DNA of 44,878 nt from positions 1 through 44,878 of the forward strand of contig JBIKWF010000026.1 in the NCBI GenBank assembly GCA_044356455.1, written 5' to 3'. The position numbers and the translations under genes were made by a program. The DNA is from Bdellovibrionota bacterium (GTDB lineage: Bacteria; Bdellovibrionota_C; UBA2361; JBGSMV01). Below are positions 9,613-18,249 of the stretch, one piece after another; position 1 is the first letter of the stretch, and every line of letters begins with the position of its first letter. The notes below the pieces were generated by a model. That model searched no databases, had not been told where the DNA came from, and saw nothing but the letters and a program-made list of their open reading frames with translations.

Positions 9613-9714
9613 TGTCTGTGCCTACCAGCTTACCCGCGGCACTCGGGGTCCTGGGTAACTCCCAGGCCGTCATTCGAATCTTGGCGAAAGCCAAGTTCGA
9701 ATAGGTACTAGACA
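9613..9714. mobile_element. ~100-nt self-complementary element (MITE-like) between tRNA-Met and its duplicated 5' half
   Basis: Terminal pairing TGTCT-GTGCCTA / TAGGTAC-TAGACA; internal hairpins CCTGGG-taact-CCCAGG and ATTCGAA(t)CTTGGC-gaaa-GCCAAG-TTCGAAT. Confidence 0.55.
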
Positions 9715-9791
9715 GCGCCGCGCTCTAGCCAGCTGAGCCGCCCCGTACACGGGGCGAGCCGCGTCATCTTCAGATGACGGGCTACGTCGCC
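9714..9791 (-). pseudogene. duplicated tRNA-Met 5' half (nt 1-33) interrupted by a 44-nt double-hairpin insertion
   Basis: 9714-9738 matches tRNA 9571-9595 at 24/25; 9783-9792 (TACGTCGCCA) matches 9596-9605; insertion at 9739-9782. Confidence 0.8.
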
Positions 9792-9989
9792 AAAAAACAT
9801 GCAGTCACCAAGATGATTTCTCGGGCGCATCTTGGCTTGATCGACTAACAGGGGTAGCCCCCTGACAATACCATCTGACAATACCATCATACTTCATCTA
9901 GCTTTCCCCCTGAGCTTTAGCTCCCAGAGGATTCCAAGCCCCCCCTCACACACACTAAGGCGAAGGGCGTAAGTCGCGGCACCTTTAGG

Positions 9990-10017
9990 TGACGGATGAC
10001 GGATGACGGATGACAGA
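9990..10017. repeat. 7-bp tandem repeat (TGACGGA)x3 + TGACAGA
   Basis: Read directly from the sequence. Confidence 0.85.
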
Positions 10018-10123
10018 ACGAGTCGTTTCAAGATGGCGAATAGTGCCCCAAGCGCCATTTTAGGTCAAGAAAGGCACAGCTTTCAGCTTGTTAGTGGTGC
10101 CCCTCGCAGGGGTTACTAAGGGA

Positions 10124-11365
10124 TTAGAACTGTTCCATCGCCATGCCGCCGTCGAAGAACGTCGGGGATCCCGATGAGACTAGGTAGTCGCGGCTGAAGC
10201 TAAAGAAGCGGTCTACCCGGGCGTCCCCTACCTGCATACGGGGAACTTTGAAGTATCCGCTGCGGGCCCATGGAAACATGCGCGCTTTGGGGTAGAACGA
10301 ATAATGACGCTCAAATATTTGACCGTAATTATCAATTACACGAAAGGTGAAGACACCTCGACCATCCGTTTGAGAGAGGCGGAAGGTTCTTACGCCATCG
10401 TTGTTCACGCGAGTCGGTGTAAGGCGAGCAATTCGGATGCTATTTCGGTAAATCTCAACCTGCTTCACATCGCGTCCGGCTACATAGCCGCCAAGAGAAA
10501 TGAGCACGCGTGCATCTGACTCTTTCCATTGCCCACGGCGAGTCGGGGTGCGAAAGAGCGAAACTCTGGTCAGCGTAAGTTGCGGATTGAATACGCGCGG
10601 AACGTCTGCGATTCCTACCCCACGCTGCGAGTCCAGCACCGGTCCAAGGCTGATGGCAACAAATCGGTTATAAAAGTCACGCTCTACTCCCTCGCGGTCC
10701 ATCGCGCGGACTACCGAAAGTCTGCTGAAATCGACATACTGGACGGCTTGAATTGGCTCCATTACTTTTTCTGCTCCGCTACGCACGACGCGCAGGGCGC
10801 TGCCAAAATTAACAAGCGCAAACTTTGTACCAGAGAAGCGATCGGGCATTTTCTTTGCAAGCAGAATTGCATCATTCTCAGCCTTTTTTAGGGCATCAGA
10901 AGAGGCTCCGCTTCGCAGAGAGTCCCAGGTTAGCTTCGGAAGTCCATCTTTTCCCTTTACGGGCACTGCTCCAGTTTGGGGAACTGCTGAAACCACCTTT
11001 TTGGCGCGCAGTTGGTCAAGGTATCCGGAGTCCAATAAATTTGAGATCTCGCCCAGTGCGCCTGTGCCGAAAAGATTCTCCGCCGTGGATGGGCTTGCGG
11101 TTTCGATAGCCGCACCCGACATGTCGCCCTGCACGCCACCGTTAAGAAGTGCGAGGTCTTGCTGGGCCTTCTTTACCGTGTCTTGATGGCCAGCCCCCGT
11201 TACCGCGGAAAGTGCGCTGGAAGAACTCTTGGTGAGAGATTTTTGAAAACTTACTAGCTCTGGAATGAAAAAAAGTGCAACAACGAGCGCCAACACCACG
11301 GCAGTAAGGAGAAAGCCCTTGGTATTGACCCCTGACATCCCAAGTGATTTTGCTGTGGCGACCAC
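10124..11365 (-). CDS. hypothetical membrane-anchored protein
   Basis: 413 aa; one N-terminal hydrophobic helix (FLLTAVVLALVVALFFI) and a beta-rich, possibly Ig-like C-terminal segment. Confidence 0.7.
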   Translation of the reverse strand: MVATAKSLGMSGVNTKGFLLTAVVLALVVALFFIPELVSFQKSLTKSSSSALSAVTGAGHQDTVKKAQQDLALLNGGVQGDMSGAAIETASPSTAENLFGTGALGEISNLLDSGYLDQLRAKKVVSAVPQTGAVPVKGKDGLPKLTWDSLRSGASSDALKKAENDAILLAKKMPDRFSGTKFALVNFGSALRVVRSGAEKVMEPIQAVQYVDFSRLSVVRAMDREGVERDFYNRFVAISLGPVLDSQRGVGIADVPRVFNPQLTLTRVSLFRTPTRRGQWKESDARVLISLGGYVAGRDVKQVEIYRNSIRIARLTPTRVNNDGVRTFRLSQTDGRGVFTFRVIDNYGQIFERHYSFYPKARMFPWARSGYFKVPRMQVGDARVDRFFSFSRDYLVSSGSPTFFDGGMAMEQF

Positions 11366-11485
11366 GCGGTGTTAACTCCTATTCCCAGCAGTTACAAGTA
11401 GTTAGAGTCGAGCCCGTCAGGAAAACTGACCAAAGCCGCCTACTAACTCATTTCGCTAGTATAATAAGAGTTTTGGAGTTCTTAC

Positions 11486-12019
11486 TCAAACAAGTGACTC
11501 AGGGACTTCAATATCGAAATTCAGTAATCCTTCCACGAAGCTACCTACGATAAAATCCATCATGTCTTTCACGGAAAGGATTCCCACAGGGATATTTCTC
11601 TCATCTACCAGGGGCAAATGGCGAAACCCACCCTGCGACATGAGGTTGAGGGCAAAGGCCACCGTAATATCGGGAGTCTGCGCAATGGGGTCCTTGGTCA
11701 TGAGGCTCGAAATGGGGCTACTCGCATGGTTCGAGAAATCAGGGAGAGTGCGGCGCACGCAGTCGCGCTCCGTGAAGATTCCTATGAGCTCGCCGGTTGC
11801 AGGGGCAGTGACGAGAATAGACCCGACCTTATTTGCATTAAAAATTTCTACTACTTCGGCAATCGTGGTGTCTGGTGAAACGCAATGGGGACGCCTAGGG
11901 TTTAGGACTCCTACCGTTTGACAGAGGAAGCTCTGATCGAGCACTCCTAGCTTTCGGTCGCATGCAAGGCGAATTGCTTGATTCACTTTTTGCTCGGATG
12001 CTTCTCCCGTCTTCTTCAT
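11486..12019 (-). CDS. CBS-pair domain protein
   Basis: LIGIFTERD, LMTKDPI, GGFRHLPLVD, GILSVKD motifs. Likely start ATG 12019 overlaps the upstream stop (ATGA), rather than the track start at 12103. Confidence 0.9.
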   Translation of the reverse strand: MKKTGEASEQKVNQAIRLACDRKLGVLDQSFLCQTVGVLNPRRPHCVSPDTTIAEVVEIFNANKVGSILVTAPATGELIGIFTERDCVRRTLPDFSNHASSPISSLMTKDPIAQTPDITVAFALNLMSQGGFRHLPLVDERNIPVGILSVKDMMDFIVGSFVEGLLNFDIEVPESLV

Positions 12020-13566
12020 GGTGTTCCCTTTTTCGAAATCTCCTGAGGTACCTGCGTGGTCTCTGTTGACCGAGGCTTGGCCCCGTTCTCGAGAGGTGCA
12101 CATGTTAAAGGCTTCAGTTCCCCCACTACAAACTTCTTTTCGCTGGCGTTGAATTCGATGCTACCTGGCCCCGAGAGAGTATCCTTTGCCTCGAAGGACT
12201 CACCCCCTGCATGGAGCACTACTCCCTGATAGAGGACTTTTGTGTAGTTCACTCTTAGATCTGCGTTGGAGTGTGATTTACTGAGAAGCTGAGACTGCTT
12301 CGCCAGGAGCGCAATCAGGCTTCCCTCCACTTGCGCCTTCTTGGTAAGAAGCTTCTCCAATTTCGCGCGGTAGTCAGGGGGGAGCAGCCGTAGCCTTGAC
12401 TGGTTGGTGGCATAGGGGCCGAGGTGCAGTTCAAGAAGCTTTTTTGTCTGTCGATGGGACTCAATGGCAATGACGAGGCTCGCGTATTCCGTGGTCATTT
12501 CGACATCACTGCAGAGGTCGATTGAGGTGGAGTGCCCGGCCTCATTTCCTATTTGAAGCGCCTGAGCTCCGCAGACTGCAAAGGTCTTTCCTCCAATGAT
12601 TCTACCAGATTCTGCGAGCACAGATTTTTGGGACCGGAGCACGCAGTCATAGGCTTCCTTGAGGATGGTAATATTGCCAAGGGCCTCTACGTGAGCCTGC
12701 CGAGCAGTGGTGCACTGAAAATCGCCTGCGCACAAGATGCGCCCCTTCTCCCCTCCGAAGACAAACCCCTTTACTGAGACATTGCCCTTAGAGCTTGAGA
12801 CCGAGCCGCCTTGAACGGAGCCTAGGATGGTAACTCCCTTGATCGCGCTGACGGTGAACCCTGGGAGCACGTCCCCTTTTACGGTAAGCTGGCCGATAAA
12901 ATCGAGGTTCCCGACGTGGAAGTCGATGTTGCCGGCAATCGCCAGCTCCTCCTTAACAAAGAGCTTGCCCCCTTCTTCGACAAGATAGCCATCGAGGTGC
13001 GCGGTAATGGCGTCAAAGGTAAGGGACCCTTCTGCTTGGGGTTTCTGGGAGAGCGTTTTGTCGAGTTGTAGCTTAAGGGGCTGGCCAGGCTTGGGGGCGA
13101 TTGATTTCCCCATAACATCAACGCCCGGTTTCCCTTGCTTCGGAGGATAGAGCCGCGCAACCACGTTCCCCGAGCGGACATTATCAAACAGATGCAGCTC
13201 TCTAAGAGAGAGAAAACAGGTCTCGTTTTCTCCTCCTGCCTCTTCTTTGCCCAAAGGGCGCTTGGGCGCGTAGCGTTTGGCAAGATAAACGAGGCGCGCA
13301 TCTGACCCATCCTCAGGTTCAATGCCTTTGGCAATGCGCCTCTCTTCAACATTCTTCTCATGGCTCAGAAGCTGGACCACATCGTCGAGCACGGAGAAGT
13401 GAATGGCATCCCTGGATAGATGTGGTTCAAGGACCTTAAGCAGTTCCTCCCTGGTAACAATTCCAGGTGCCCTTTTTTCTGCGGTAATAAACGCTTTGAG
13501 GCGATCGTCTGTGGCCTTGACGACAAGAGAGAACCTGTCCGTGGTGTGAGAGAAAAGCTCCTTCAC
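12016..13566 (-). CDS. FapA/DUF342 family protein
   Basis: IAKGIEPEDGSDA, VRSGNVVARLYPPKQGKPGVDVMG, GNIDFHVGNLDFIGQLTVKGDVLPGFTVSA followed by beta-helix repeats and a coiled coil. Confidence 0.88.
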   Translation of the reverse strand: MKELFSHTTDRFSLVVKATDDRLKAFITAEKRAPGIVTREELLKVLEPHLSRDAIHFSVLDDVVQLLSHEKNVEERRIAKGIEPEDGSDARLVYLAKRYAPKRPLGKEEAGGENETCFLSLRELHLFDNVRSGNVVARLYPPKQGKPGVDVMGKSIAPKPGQPLKLQLDKTLSQKPQAEGSLTFDAITAHLDGYLVEEGGKLFVKEELAIAGNIDFHVGNLDFIGQLTVKGDVLPGFTVSAIKGVTILGSVQGGSVSSSKGNVSVKGFVFGGEKGRILCAGDFQCTTARQAHVEALGNITILKEAYDCVLRSQKSVLAESGRIIGGKTFAVCGAQALQIGNEAGHSTSIDLCSDVEMTTEYASLVIAIESHRQTKKLLELHLGPYATNQSRLRLLPPDYRAKLEKLLTKKAQVEGSLIALLAKQSQLLSKSHSNADLRVNYTKVLYQGVVLHAGGESFEAKDTLSGPGSIEFNASEKKFVVGELKPLTCAPLENGAKPRSTETTQVPQEISKKGTP

Positions 13567-13731
13567 AGAAAAATTCCTCGAAGCCTACCTTCCCACTTAG
13601 GCGTAAGACAACCGCACGGCATCTCATTTGGTGCAGCAGCGCATGTCTCACTCCAGGCGAAAGACAAAGGAGAAGCGAAGCCGACAGCTATTTCAATCCT
13701 TTCGGGGGCGCACATCTCGAAGGCGTGTTGC

Positions 13732-14295
13732 TCACGGGCCATAACCGGCGCCAGGAACTTCTAGCCTCGCTTCAACCCCATCTCCAAACCGAATCCAACG
13801 CAGATATTTCTGTCCTGCGACATGACGTACTTCAACTCTAGTCTGATAAGGACAGGAGCCATCGACGCAGGTGGGGTCGTACGCATAGGCAAAGTCCACT
13901 GACTTGGGTAACACGAAGCCAGGAAAAATTTCTCTACCTTCGGCAGTGGCAAGAGCCCCTTGCGCGCGCTGCGACGTGTCGACGGAAGAGAAGGTCGCAT
14001 TTGGCGCTGTTTGCGCTGCATAGAGAGCAGTTTGAGCATCTCGCAGTGTCGAGGTAGCCACGGCAAATGCTGCGGATGCTTTGTAGATAACGAATCCTTG
14101 AACGCTAAGAGCGGCAAGAATCCCTAAGAGTACAATTACGGTGAGCAGCTCAATCAGCGTAAATCCTCTTTCCGCGCACCGAGCTCGGCGCGTTGAGGAT
14201 GGCGCAGAAAAAGAAACGCTTACCGGAGGTAGGTTGTCTGCATGTACAAGAGGTATTTCAACGGTCATAGGCGCTCCACGGATCGGCTTCCTCAT
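13732..14295 (-). CDS. type IV pilin / pseudopilin-like protein (start may be ATG 14268)
   Basis: Prepilin motif RG|FTLIELLTVIVLLGILAALSV; C-terminal Cys pair (CVDGSC). Confidence 0.88.
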   Translation of the reverse strand: MRKPIRGAPMTVEIPLVHADNLPPVSVSFSAPSSTRRARCAERGFTLIELLTVIVLLGILAALSVQGFVIYKASAAFAVATSTLRDAQTALYAAQTAPNATFSSVDTSQRAQGALATAEGREIFPGFVLPKSVDFAYAYDPTCVDGSCPYQTRVEVRHVAGQKYLRWIRFGDGVEARLEVPGAGYGP

Positions 14296-14516
14296 CTCCT
14301 TTATCGGCTTACTTTGAGGGCAGGTAAAGAATTCATCGTACTTCCGAGTAGCAGTCTTCTGCCCCTACTGCTAGGAGAATCTGGGAGAGCCAGGGGGGTG
14401 CTAGGAAACGCACGTAGGGAATGGACTGTGCCGTCGCCTAACCTGCGAGGAGTGTGTCCCGTGGAAACATAAATCTGCATTTTGGACACAATCCGAAGGT
14501 AAGGTGTCCCATAGCC

Positions 14517-14548
14517 ACCGCAACATGTAGTGACCGCAACATGTAGTG
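14517..14548. repeat. perfect 16-bp tandem duplication ACCGCAACATGTAGTG x2 (NrdR-box-like core)
   Basis: Exact direct repeat; the core CAACATGTAG fits the CwAyATrTwG pattern. Confidence 0.6.
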
Positions 14549-14574
14549 GTCGAAATTTTCTACGGGACAGACTC

Positions 14575-15858
14575 CTAGCCCTCGCTGTGCGAGTGATTTT
14601 CTTGGGCCACCAGAGAACCGGTGTTATAAAAAGCGAGCGTCCTTTCTACTGCCTGTTCAAGCTCTGTTTCCGCTCCGGCGAGCTCGGCTATTCTTTTGAG
14701 CACGCGGTCTACCAGGCTATCGGGGCAGCTTGCTCCGGCAGTAAGGAGAATCTCTATCGCGGAATCCTTACTGGGCAACCAGTCGCTGGTTTCTCGCACC
14801 TTCATGGTGTGCAAGTCCAAGTGCCGAATAGTGCGGGCCGAGCGGATTTCGCTTTCGTCTTCAATGTAAAAAGTGGGCAATCTTGCCTCGAGCAATTCGA
14901 CGAGATGCGAAGTGTTAGAAGAATTGTAGCCGCCCACCACTACTGCGAAATCACCCGGGTGCTCCATGAGAGCCTTGGTCGCATCCTGATTTTCGGACGT
15001 TGCATAACAAAGCGTGTCTCGTGTATCCGCAAAGTGCTCCCCCACGGCCCCTTCCCCGTAGCGAGCAATCGAAGCGGCCCGTAGAAGATCGCTGATGTGC
15101 TGCGTCTCCGTCGCCAGCATAGTGGTCTGATTCACCACCCCAATGCGAACGAGGTCGCGCTCAGGAGAGAAGCCTTCAGAAAAGCGACCGGCGAAGTCTC
15201 GCGCGAAGCGTTCGAGTGGGATCTCTCCGCGAATATAAGCGGCGAGTTTCTCGGCCTCTGGCACATCACGGATTACCAAACTTCGGGCGGTAACGCGCGC
15301 GTGGGAAAAGGTAGCGCGGGTCTCTTCGTGCGAGTGCTTGCCGTGGATTATCACGGTATACCCTTTGGTTCCGAGTTGCTCGGAACGCTTCCAGACTTTC
15401 TCCACAAAAGGACAGGTCGCGTTGTAGCGCTCGGTGTCGATGCCGAGATCGCGCAGTTTTTTGAAGAGACCGACCGTCGTTCCAAAGGCGGGAATGATTA
15501 CTATGTCCTCCGGGGTTAGCTCTTCAAACGGGATGATTTGTGTGCCGTCAGGCTTGAGTATGAACTTCACGCCGCGAGAAACAAGGTCGCTGTTGACGTG
15601 TGGGTTGTGAATCATCTCGCTGAGGAGGTAGACCTTTTTCCCGGGGTTCTCAGCGAGCGAGCGATAGGCCCTCTCAATTGCGTTTTCAACACCGAAACAA
15701 AAACCAAAATGCCTCGCGATCTTGAATCGTACCCGTCCAAGATCGAGGGTCGTGGGAGACAAATCTTTTTTCCGCTGATCGTCAACGCGACGCGCCTGCT
15801 TCAGCGATGAAACAACCGAAGAGCGATAGAAGGTTGGTATGTCAAACTTGCGTCCCAC
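14575..15858 (-). CDS. ispH: 4-hydroxy-3-methylbut-2-enyl diphosphate reductase (LytB)
   Basis: Three Fe-S cysteines in GFCFGV, ATCPFV and DTLCYAT; IHNPHV, NQTT and GGYNSSNT motifs. Confidence 0.96.
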   Translation of the reverse strand: MGRKFDIPTFYRSSVVSSLKQARRVDDQRKKDLSPTTLDLGRVRFKIARHFGFCFGVENAIERAYRSLAENPGKKVYLLSEMIHNPHVNSDLVSRGVKFILKPDGTQIIPFEELTPEDIVIIPAFGTTVGLFKKLRDLGIDTERYNATCPFVEKVWKRSEQLGTKGYTVIIHGKHSHEETRATFSHARVTARSLVIRDVPEAEKLAAYIRGEIPLERFARDFAGRFSEGFSPERDLVRIGVVNQTTMLATETQHISDLLRAASIARYGEGAVGEHFADTRDTLCYATSENQDATKALMEHPGDFAVVVGGYNSSNTSHLVELLEARLPTFYIEDESEIRSARTIRHLDLHTMKVRETSDWLPSKDSAIEILLTAGASCPDSLVDRVLKRIAELAGAETELEQAVERTLAFYNTGSLVAQENHSHSEG

Positions 15859-15955
15859 AACTCTCTTGTACCATGTCGATTGCGGGGGAGTCTAACGGTC
15901 GCGGAGTACGCCAGCGACCGTTAAAAAACAACCACTAAGGCCACTAAGCTAATAC

Positions 15956-17170
15956 TTACCTGACAGGGGCTTCCTTGGCAGAGCTCCTTTTAGTTGGGAC
16001 TGCTTTTGCGGGGGCCGTTTTCGAGGTCATGCTGTGGGACTGCATCTGCGCCCGAGTTTTGTCTGCATGCGAAGACGCGGCAATCTCCCCTTGCAGCCCT
16101 GATTTCTGAGCTGCGGACGACGACGAAATAAACTGCGTACCTTCGGGAGCCTTGCCTGCCTCGGTTCCAAGGGCGGTGCTATCTGGGATCCAAGCTACGA
16201 GTGAATCCCCGGTTGCTTCAGTGGCCGGTGTGGTAGGCGTCTTAACGACTTCGCTAAGAGCCTTCCTTAAGTCTTTGGAAACTTTCTTACTCGCATAGAT
16301 TGCCAGCGGGCCTATAAGACCTCGGAACTGGCGCTCATTCACAGCACCTAGCACAAGCGGAGACTCGCTCGATGGCATCACGGGTTCCGTGAGTTCGTAG
16401 CCTCCGAGGAGCTGCAGAGTCCCCTCTCCCACAGTGCCCTCTCCCTGTGGCTTTTCTCCTTGGTAAAGGCCAATAAATCTTCCTCCGGTGAAACTAAGGG
16501 CGAGCATAAACCAAGTGCGCGGAGTTAGGTTCACCTCAGGAAAGTCATACCAGCGCCCCCCTTGCTCAGAGCCGCCCCAATAGACTACCGGTCTAAGGCT
16601 CGTTTCATCTCGGGAAAGACCTATGGCGTATCCATTCGCCGCTTTTCCTGAGCCTTCATATTTCGAGAGCAAGATAAGCTTTTCGCCCGGAAGTGGCATG
16701 CGTCGGAGATTAAACCAGGCAGTAAGGACGAATTCTTGATCAGCTTGAGGATTAATCTCCGCCTGATGCTTTATGCGAAGATGGGATCCTTGGGATGCTA
16801 CTTGAAATGCGCTCGGGAAAAGCCGCTCGGTTTCGCCTGAGCTCTTGCTCCACAAACCGCCATCCCAGATAGATACCACTCCACCTACTTGAAGGCCTGC
16901 AAGAACGGGAACCGCAAAGCCAAAGAGGAACAGGGCGCACGTGAGAATGCCCTGCACGAGAGCGCCTTTTGATTCTAAGTGACCTGAAATAAATGGTGTA
17001 CCTGAGACGAGAGGCCCCGATGCGAGAGACTCTGATGCAAGAGATTCTGATGCGTTACCACTGTCAAGAGCCGACACTTGAGATGCGAGAAGGCCAGGAA
17101 CCGGAGGAGAATTCACGCCCCTTTTAAGCTCTCTACGACTTCCTGATGAACCTTCGTTATCCACGCTCAA
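15956..17170 (-). CDS. membrane-anchored LamG/concanavalin A-like domain protein
   Basis: TM helix, then FVLTAWF...LLSKY...GYAIGL...WFMLALSF...LVLGA...FRGLIGPLAIY, a Laminin_G_3-like pattern; low-complexity termini. Confidence 0.7.
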   Translation of the reverse strand: MSVDNEGSSGSRRELKRGVNSPPVPGLLASQVSALDSGNASESLASESLASGPLVSGTPFISGHLESKGALVQGILTCALFLFGFAVPVLAGLQVGGVVSIWDGGLWSKSSGETERLFPSAFQVASQGSHLRIKHQAEINPQADQEFVLTAWFNLRRMPLPGEKLILLSKYEGSGKAANGYAIGLSRDETSLRPVVYWGGSEQGGRWYDFPEVNLTPRTWFMLALSFTGGRFIGLYQGEKPQGEGTVGEGTLQLLGGYELTEPVMPSSESPLVLGAVNERQFRGLIGPLAIYASKKVSKDLRKALSEVVKTPTTPATEATGDSLVAWIPDSTALGTEAGKAPEGTQFISSSSAAQKSGLQGEIAASSHADKTRAQMQSHSMTSKTAPAKAVPTKRSSAKEAPVR

Positions 17171-17368
17171 GGTCGCCTAGTAGTAATAGCCCCAAAAATA
17201 AGCAGCAGGTTGCGCTCGAGCACGCTAACAGGAAAGGGCCACGCAAGAAAGCGTCACAGCAGTCCTGCTCAATCGGGGCCTTGATGCTAAAAATCCGCCT
17301 GAATAGCGGATCTCTAGCACTCAGCTCCCAGATTGGGATTCGCCAACGAGGCACCTCCCAACATGTTA

Positions 17369-17392
17369 AGCCCAGCAAGTTAATGCTGAGCT
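17369..17392 (-). terminator. hairpin after rplI, possible terminator
   Basis: AGCCCAGCA-agttaa-TGCTGAGCT located 16 nt after the rplI stop; weak U-tract. Confidence 0.4.
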
Positions 17393-17408
17393 AAGAAGCC
17401 AAAGATTC

Positions 17409-18005
17409 CTAGTTTAGTTCAGTTTCTGTGGGGGTGGTAGGAGCGGCCCCTTCAGACTGACTCTCTTCGGTTGCGGTCTCCTCGGTTTTCGCCTTGCGAG
17501 AACCGCGACGACGACGATCCGACCTGCCCTCTCCCTCGGCCTGAGAAGCCTCAACCTTAGGTGCCTCTGCCCGAACAATGACGGGAATGTTGGCGCTTAC
17601 TTCAGAGTGAAGTTTTACCTGAACCTTGAACTCACCCGCCTTACGAATCGGCTCAAGCAGCTTAATTTGACGACGATCGAGTTCGAAGCCCTTCTCTTTC
17701 AGCTGGACTTCAATGTCGCGCGCTGAGATGGCCCCAAAACTTCGTCCGCCAGCTCCGACCTTGAGGGTATACTCGAGAACGAGAGACTGCATGCGGTTAA
17801 CAATTTCTTGGGCTTGCGCACGGAGCTTAACCCGCTTCGCATTAATAGCGGTCAAGCGGTGCTTCAATAGACGCTCGTTGAGGGACGATGCCTCAACCGC
17901 CATTCCGCGCGGAATCAGAAAATTGCGAGCATAGCCAGGCTTAACCTTGACCGTGTCGCCTACGTATCCAAGTGCGGGGAAGTCTTGCTGTAAAATAATA
18001 TCCAT
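17409..18005 (-). CDS. rplI: 50S ribosomal protein L9 with C-terminal extension
   Basis: MDIILQQD..LGYVGDTVKVKPGYARNFLIP..G.A; start moved to ATG 18005. Confidence 0.96.
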   Translation of the reverse strand: MDIILQQDFPALGYVGDTVKVKPGYARNFLIPRGMAVEASSLNERLLKHRLTAINAKRVKLRAQAQEIVNRMQSLVLEYTLKVGAGGRSFGAISARDIEVQLKEKGFELDRRQIKLLEPIRKAGEFKVQVKLHSEVSANIPVIVRAEAPKVEASQAEGEGRSDRRRRGSRKAKTEETATEESQSEGAAPTTPTETELN

Positions 18006-18249
18006 ACCAACTCTCTTTCTCAAACTCTCGAAGGGCCAAGACTCAAGGGGGGCAAATCCCCAAAAGAAAAAGCACGCGAGTAAAATTCTAATTCAAAGAA
18101 GCCCAACTTTCTTGAGCCCTCACTGAGCCACTCACAACGCCAAAGCCTAACGGCCTAAGCAAGGTAAGCAAGTTTTACTGCTACCAAAGTGTTCCCTTGC
18201 AAAGATAATGCGCGAAAGTTGTCGCGCGATTCTTCTTGCAGCAGCAGAC

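Noticed and set aside
9613..9714. HDV-like (theta) ribozyme beside a tRNA
   Set aside because: CGAA-TAGGTAC resembles J4/2-P2, but I could not build P1/P3/P1.1, and the element is 5' of the tRNA and on the opposite strand.
9605..9791. intron-containing tRNA
   Set aside because: The 5' fragment is followed by a complete tRNA rather than a 3' exon, and the insert is too short and lacks a group I core.
14296..14574. c-di-GMP riboswitch upstream of the pilin
   Set aside because: No GEMM GGCAAA...GACGCAAAG signature is visible.
17157..17378. 73-aa minus-strand ORF between rplI and the LamG-like gene
   Set aside because: No SD, Cys-rich atypical composition, starts just after a terminator-like hairpin; cannot be supported.
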